Of a stretch of DNA of 64,000 bases, positions 59,415-64,000 are shown piece after piece (position 1 is the first letter of the stretch; each line of letters opens with the position of its first letter). Position numbers and translations under genes: made by a program. The stretch lies in the NCBI GenBank assembly GCA_965198065.1, contig CBDAON010000004.1, positions 736,001-800,000 of the forward strand, written 5' to 3'. The stretch is from Longimicrobiales bacterium. Lineage in GTDB: Bacteria > Gemmatimonadota > Gemmatimonadetes > Longimicrobiales > Gaopeijiaceae. The notes under the pieces are model-generated. The model did no database searches. It was not told the origin of the DNA and worked only from the letters and a program-made list of their open reading frames with translations.

Positions 59415-59962
59415 ACTTTCATGACCTCCTCCTCCTTCGAGGCCAGTATCTCGTCGATCTTCCCGACGTACTCATCCGTGAGCTTCTGGATCTCCTCCAT
59501 CCGTCGATGCCCCTCGTCGTCCGAGATCTCGTGGTCCTTCATGTTCTGCTTGACGGACTCATTCCCCTCCCGCCGGGCGTGCCGGATCGAGATCCGCCCC
59601 TCCTCCGCCATCTTGTGGAGCAGACGGACGTACTCCTTTCGGCGCTCTTCGTTCAAGGGCGGGATCGGCACACGGATTACCTTCCCGTCATTCGCCGGAT
59701 TCAGGTTCAGGTCCGCCTCCAAGATCCCGCGCTCGATTTGGGGCAGAATGCTGGGATCGAACGGCTGGATGACGATCAGGGACGGCTCGGGTGCCGAGAC
59801 TGTGGCCACCTGGTTCAACGGAAGCTTGCTTCCGTAGGCGTCCACCCGGACGGTGTCGAGAAGGCTGGGGCTCGCCTTCCCCGTTCGCACCGTCGCGAAC
59901 TCGCGGCGCACCGCGTCCAGGGCCGCGTCCATGTGCTGCTTGACCGCGTCGATCGTAGCCAT
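59411..59962 (-). CDS. frr: Ribosome recycling factor
   Basis: VRTGKASP, PLNQVA, IPPLNEERRK. Confidence 0.97.
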   Translation of the reverse strand: MATIDAVKQHMDAALDAVRREFATVRTGKASPSLLDTVRVDAYGSKLPLNQVATVSAPEPSLIVIQPFDPSILPQIERGILEADLNLNPANDGKVIRVPIPPLNEERRKEYVRLLHKMAEEGRISIRHARREGNESVKQNMKDHEISDDEGHRRMEEIQKLTDEYVGKIDEILASKEEEVMKV

Positions 59963-60005
59963 CTGTCCTCCCCTCCCTCCGACGAGAGGGTCACTGGCGG
60001 AAACG

Positions 60006-60710
60006 TCAGGAGACCAGCGTACCCACAGCGTCCCCGCGGATCGCGGCCGCGATCGCCCCGTGCTCGGCCAGACTCAAGACGATGATCGGAAGGTCGTTCT
60101 CCCTGCAGAGCGAGACCGCCGGGGCGTCCATCACGGCCAGCTCTTGGGTCATCACCTCCTGGAAGGAAACCGTGGGGAGGAAGGTGGCCTCGGGGTGCTC
60201 GGCCGGATCGGCGGTGTACACCCCGGCGACCTTCGTGGCCTTGATGATGACATCCGACTCCATCTCGATCGCGCGAAGCACCGCAGCGGTGTCCGTGGAG
60301 AAGTAAGGGTTTCCGGTCCCCCCGGCAAAGAGCACGACCCTTCCCTTCTCAAGATGGCGGAGGGCTCGGCGGCGGATGTAGGGCTCGGCGAGCTCCTCCA
60401 TGCGAATCGCGCTCATGACTCGCGTCTCGACTCCCTTCCGCTCGAGCATGTCCTGCAGCGCCATGGCGTTGATCACCGTGGCCAGCATCCCCATGTAGTC
60501 GGCCGTGACCCGGTCCATCCCCCGCTGCGAGGCGATCGTGCCACGCACGATGTTGCCGCCACCGATCACGAGGCCCAGCGTGGCCCCCATGCGGTGGACC
60601 TGGATGACCTCGTCCGTGAGCCGGTCCACGACGGGTGGGTCGATTCCGAACCCCTTTTCCCCGGCGAGGGCTTCCCCCGAGAGCTTCACGAGCGCCCTCC
60701 GGTACTTCAT
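60006..60710 (-). CDS. pyrH: UMP kinase
   Basis: KLSGEAL, GGGNIVRG, DYMGMLAT, GNPYFSTDT. An alternative GTG start lies at 60737. Confidence 0.97.
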   Translation of the reverse strand: MKYRRALVKLSGEALAGEKGFGIDPPVVDRLTDEVIQVHRMGATLGLVIGGGNIVRGTIASQRGMDRVTADYMGMLATVINAMALQDMLERKGVETRVMSAIRMEELAEPYIRRRALRHLEKGRVVLFAGGTGNPYFSTDTAAVLRAIEMESDVIIKATKVAGVYTADPAEHPEATFLPTVSFQEVMTQELAVMDAPAVSLCRENDLPIIVLSLAEHGAIAAAIRGDAVGTLVS

Positions 60711-60739
60711 GGGTCCCCCGTCGGCGGTCCTGGACACGG

Positions 60740-61339
60740 CTAACCCGACCGCCCCACCTCGAACCGCGCGATCCGGCTGACCTCGATCTTCTCACCCGTC
60801 CTCGCGGAGAGCTCCGTCACCAGCTCCCCGACCGTCCGGTTCGGATCCCGGACGAAAGGCTGCCGGAGTAAGATGGATTCCTTAAAAAACTTCCGGAGCT
60901 TCCCCTCGATGATCTTCTCTTGGATCTTCTCCGGCTTCCCTTCCGCCCGGACCTGCTCCAGGTAGATCTGCCGCTCCCGCTCGACCACCTCGGAGGGCAC
61001 GTTCTCCTCGCTCACCGCGATCGGGCTCGTGGCCGCGACGTGCATGGCGATCTCCCGGGCGAGCGTCCGGAACTCGTCGGTGTTCGCGACGAAATCCGTC
61101 TCGCAGTTGAGTTCCACGAGGACGCCGATCCGACCCCCATGATGCAGGTAGTGTCCGACGGTCCCCTGATCCGCAGACCGCTCGGCCCGCTTGGCCGCCT
61201 TCGCGGATCCCCGGGTCCGCAGGTAATCGATCGCCGCTTCCACGTCGCCCCCGGTCTCCTCCAGGGCCTTCTTGCACTCGAGCATACCGGCCCCGGTCCG
61301 ATCCCGAAGGACTTTCACTTCCTTCGCGCTGATGCTCAT
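60740..61339 (-). CDS. tsf: Elongation factor Ts (short form)
   Basis: LRDRTGAGMLECKKAL, ELNCETDFVA; 199 aa. Confidence 0.96.
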   Translation of the reverse strand: MSISAKEVKVLRDRTGAGMLECKKALEETGGDVEAAIDYLRTRGSAKAAKRAERSADQGTVGHYLHHGGRIGVLVELNCETDFVANTDEFRTLAREIAMHVAATSPIAVSEENVPSEVVERERQIYLEQVRAEGKPEKIQEKIIEGKLRKFFKESILLRQPFVRDPNRTVGELVTELSARTGEKIEVSRIARFEVGRSG

Positions 61340-61432
61340 CTCACTCCCACCTCGTCCGCTCCCGAGCCGAGGAGGCCCGGCACGCGGACAGCCGCACGCG
61401 TGCCCGGCATCCCCGCGGGACTTCCGGTCATG

Positions 61433-61509
61433 AAAAGAGGCGGGAGCGACGAGGGCAGAGGCGTCCGGAATCCGTCCGAAGCGCTTTCTGCCATTCGGCT
61501 ACCGCCTCA
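61433..61509 (-). terminator. Long imperfect hairpin plus short U-tract between rpsB and tsf
   Basis: Minus strand nested pairs GAGGCGG/CCGCCTC, GGCAGA/TCTGCC and TTCGGA/TCCGGA, followed by TTTT. Confidence 0.5.
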
Positions 61510-61530
61510 CCAGCGTCGTCGATCGAACTG

Positions 61531-62463
61531 CTAGTTCCCTTCCTCTTCTTCGCCTCCCTCGGCTCCCTCTCCCGCGGGAGCGTCCTGCGCCTCGGACCGG
61601 TGTATCTGCGCGATCGCCTCCGGTCGCGGGCGCCGGCGCCGACGGACGCGGCGACGGTCCGCTTCGTCGCCGGCCGCCATCTTCTCGCCGGTCTCAGTCG
61701 AGTAGGTGATGGCCTCCACTTCCTCCGCCCGTCTGCGGTCCTCCTCCGGCACCTCGTGCCGGGTAGCCTCGACGACGTCCGCGATCGCCCTCGTGATGAG
61801 GCCCACGGAGCGGATCGCGTCGTCGTTTCCAGGGATCGGGTAGTCGATCAGGTCCGGGTCCGCGTTCGTGTCCGTGATCGCGACCACCGGAATCCCCAGC
61901 CGATTCGCCTCCCGGACCGCGATGATCTCCCGCTTCGCGTCCACGACGAACATGGCCCCGGGGAGCCGCCCCATGTCCTTCACGCCAGAGAAGTACTTAT
62001 CGAGCTTGAGGCGCTCGCGGTCGAGTAGCAGCTGCTCCTTCTTCGTGTAGAACTCGAACGCGTTCTCCTCCTGCCCGCGCTCGAGCTCCTTCAAGCGACG
62101 GATCTGCTGCCGGATCGTCTGGAAGTTCGTGAGCATCCCTCCCAGCCAGCGCTCGGTCACGAAGAACGCGCCCGATCGCGTCGCTTCCTTCTCGATCACG
62201 TCCCTGAGCTGAGGCTTCGTGCAGACGAAGAGGAGCCGATCTCCCGCCATTACGACGCTCCGGCTGATCTCCTCGGCGGCCCGCAGCCGGTCGAGCGTCT
62301 TTCTCAGATCGATGATGTGGATCCCGTTCCGCTCAGTGAAGATGAACGGCCGCATCTTCGGGTTCCAGCGGCGGGTCTGATGACCGAAGTGGACCCCGGC
62401 TGCTAGGAGGTCGTTCAATCCGACCTGCTCCGACTCCTGCGTGATCGTGTCGACCAAGGTCAT
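61531..62463 (-). CDS. rpsB: 30S ribosomal protein S2
   Basis: [41 protein letters not shown]. Confidence 0.98.
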   Translation of the reverse strand: MTLVDTITQESEQVGLNDLLAAGVHFGHQTRRWNPKMRPFIFTERNGIHIIDLRKTLDRLRAAEEISRSVVMAGDRLLFVCTKPQLRDVIEKEATRSGAFFVTERWLGGMLTNFQTIRQQIRRLKELERGQEENAFEFYTKKEQLLLDRERLKLDKYFSGVKDMGRLPGAMFVVDAKREIIAVREANRLGIPVVAITDTNADPDLIDYPIPGNDDAIRSVGLITRAIADVVEATRHEVPEEDRRRAEEVEAITYSTETGEKMAAGDEADRRRVRRRRRPRPEAIAQIHRSEAQDAPAGEGAEGGEEEEGN

Positions 62464-62864
62464 CTCTTACTGAACTGGAACCGCTTGCGGGCCTTCGGTC
62501 GTCCCGGCTTCTTTCGCTCGACCTTGCGAGCGTCGCGGGTGAGGAGGCCATGCTTTCGCAGGAGCGCCCGGGTCTCCTGGTCCCCCTGGAGGACGGCGCG
62601 GGCGACCGCCAGTCGGATCGCGTCGGCCTGCCCGGAGATCCCTCCGCCACGGACCCGCACCTCCACGTCGAACTGACCGTCGGTCGACGTGACCTTCAGC
62701 GCCTCCTCGGCACGCTTGCGATGAAGGATGCGGGGGAAATAGGTCTGAAGGTCACGCCCGTTCACGGACCAGCGCCCGCTGCCGGGCATGAGCACGACCT
62801 GCGCCCTGCTCGTCTTGCGCCGTCCAACCGCACGGAACCCCCCGCTCGACTCCTTCGGCATCAC
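62460..62864 (-). CDS. rpsI: 30S ribosomal protein S9
   Basis: [34 protein letters not shown]. Confidence 0.97.
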   Translation of the reverse strand: MMPKESSGGFRAVGRRKTSRAQVVLMPGSGRWSVNGRDLQTYFPRILHRKRAEEALKVTSTDGQFDVEVRVRGGGISGQADAIRLAVARAVLQGDQETRALLRKHGLLTRDARKVERKKPGRPKARKRFQFSKR

Positions 62865-63289
62865 AGCTCCAGGGGCTGTGGGTCCTGACCCCGGTGCGGA
62901 TGCTCCGCGCCCGGATACACCTTGAGCTTCGCTCGCATACGCCGGCCGAGCGCGTTCTTGGGGAGCATCCCCTTCACGGCGAGCTCGATGACGCGCTCCG
63001 GGCGGGAGCGAATCATCCTGCTGAAGGGAATGAACTTCTCCCCGCCGATGTATCCGGAATGCCGGAAGTACATCTTCTTCTCGGCCTTGTTACCCGTGAG
63101 CCTCACGCGGGAAGCGTTCAGAACGACCACGTAGTCCCCGGTGTCCAGGTGCGGCGTGTAGATCGGCTTGTGCTTTCCGCGAAGGACGCGGGCGACCTCG
63201 GTGGCCAGTCTTCCCAGAGGTCTATCGGCGGCGTCCACCGACCACCACCGACGCTCGATCTCGTGTGCCTTGGGCGTATGCGTCTTCAT
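62861..63289 (-). CDS. rplM: 50S ribosomal protein L13
   Basis: [36 protein letters not shown]. Confidence 0.97.
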   Translation of the reverse strand: MKTHTPKAHEIERRWWSVDAADRPLGRLATEVARVLRGKHKPIYTPHLDTGDYVVVLNASRVRLTGNKAEKKMYFRHSGYIGGEKFIPFSRMIRSRPERVIELAVKGMLPKNALGRRMRAKLKVYPGAEHPHRGQDPQPLEL

Positions 63290-63344
63290 GGGACGGATCG
63301 GTGAACGGATGTCCTGCTGAAACCACCTGGACACAGAGCATCGA

Positions 63345-63373
63345 ATGATATTCGCGGGCCGGAGGGGTGTCAA
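63345..63373 (-). promoter_or_regulatory. Sigma70 promoter of the rplM operon
   Basis: TTGACA-17 nt-TATCAT. Confidence 0.75.
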
Positions 63374-63426
63374 CGTGGGGGCGGGCGGCGGAAGTGGGGC
63401 CAGAAGTCGCCGTTCCGTCTGGGATT

Positions 63427-64000
63427 CTAGCGGGTGAAGGTCTCCAGAAAACGGGAGCGGGAGGCGTGCCTGAGGCGAGCCAGGGCCTTCTCCTTGATCT
63501 GCCGGACCCGCTCCCTGGTGATCCCGAGGAGTGATCCGATCTCCTCCAGCGTCATCGGCTCCTGATCGTCCAGCCCGAAGTAGAGGCGGAGCACCTTGGC
63601 CTCGCGCTCCTTCAGCGTCGCGAGCGCATGGTCCACCGTATCGCGGAGGGCGTGCTCGTACGCCTCGTTCTCCGGGTCCGGCGAAAACTGGTCGGGGAGA
63701 TAGTCGAGGAGACGATTGTCTTCGCCGGGCGTGAGCGGCGCGTCAATCGAAAGGTGAGACTGCGAGATGGCGAGCGTGGAGGCGACCTCCTCCTGGGAGA
63801 GCTCCAGATCCTGCGCGATCTCGTCCACGGTGGGCTCGCGGCCGAGCTCCTGCAGGAGCGTGGACGACCTCCGGCCGATCCGGTGAAGCGCTCCCGCTCG
63901 GTTCAGGGGGACCCGCACGATCCGACTCTGCTCCGCCAGGGCCTGAAGGATGGCCTGCCGGATCCACCATACCGCGTACGAGATGAACTTGATGCCCCTC
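63427..64000 (-). CDS. RpoD/SigA-family sigma-70 factor (5' part outside window)
   Basis: [14 protein letters not shown] (region 2.3/2.4), GREPT (region 3), [17 protein letters not shown] (region 4.2). Confidence 0.93.
   Translation of the reverse strand, partial: RGIKFISYAVWWIRQAILQALAEQSRIVRVPLNRAGALHRIGRRSSTLLQELGREPTVDEIAQDLELSQEEVASTLAISQSHLSIDAPLTPGEDNRLLDYLPDQFSPDPENEAYEHALRDTVDHALATLKEREAKVLRLYFGLDDQEPMTLEEIGSLLGITRERVRQIKEKALARLRHASRSRFLETFTR

Noticed and set aside
60740..61339. EF-Ts of only 199 aa as a truncation
   Set aside because: Short EF-Ts forms are established (e.g. Thermus, cyanobacteria), and both termini look intact.
39..63970. Many long antisense or alternate-frame ORFs (e.g. 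13967-16345 +, 29489-31594 +, 4235-5761 +, 6086-7864 +)
   Set aside because: Shadow ORFs expected at ~70% GC. They overlap well-supported genes, are Arg/Pro/Gly-rich and lack motifs.

Overview
GC-rich (~70%) bacterial chromosome segment, mostly minus-strand housekeeping operons. Gene content and order suggest Gemmatimonadota or a related FCB-group diderm (inference, no search run). Core blocks are: sigma70-rplM-rpsI-rpsB-tsf-pyrH-frr-uppS-cdsA-dxr-rseP; serS-HK-pcrA-gatCAB; murA-rimP-nusA-ylxQ-infB-DUF503-rbfA-truB-ribF...rpsO-pnp-M16-dut; mreBCD-mrdA-rodA-accD-folC-hisS-proS-lysA-guaA; and clpB-trxA-rsmI-DUF4159. I saw no rRNA, tRNA, transposase or cas gene. Three things stand out. (1) clpB is broken by a 61-bp insertion made of a perfect 29-bp duplication plus a 32-bp low-GC insert. 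This matches type I-E CRISPR repeat+spacer geometry, and the site resembles a I-E repeat in register, so it is a candidate natural off-target Cas1-Cas2 integration. The same gene also has an in-frame deletion removing the NBD1 Walker A. (2) The normally adjacent ribF and rpsO are separated by ~3.5 kb carrying an LppX/LprG-type lipoprotein plus an Rv1410c/P55-like MFS transporter (a mycobacterial-style lipid-export pair), a low-GC TonB-C protein and a frameshifted mazF/pemK remnant. (3) There are several promoter-proximal terminators and candidate leaderless promoters. All family calls come from motif recognition, not database searches, and many start codons are estimates.
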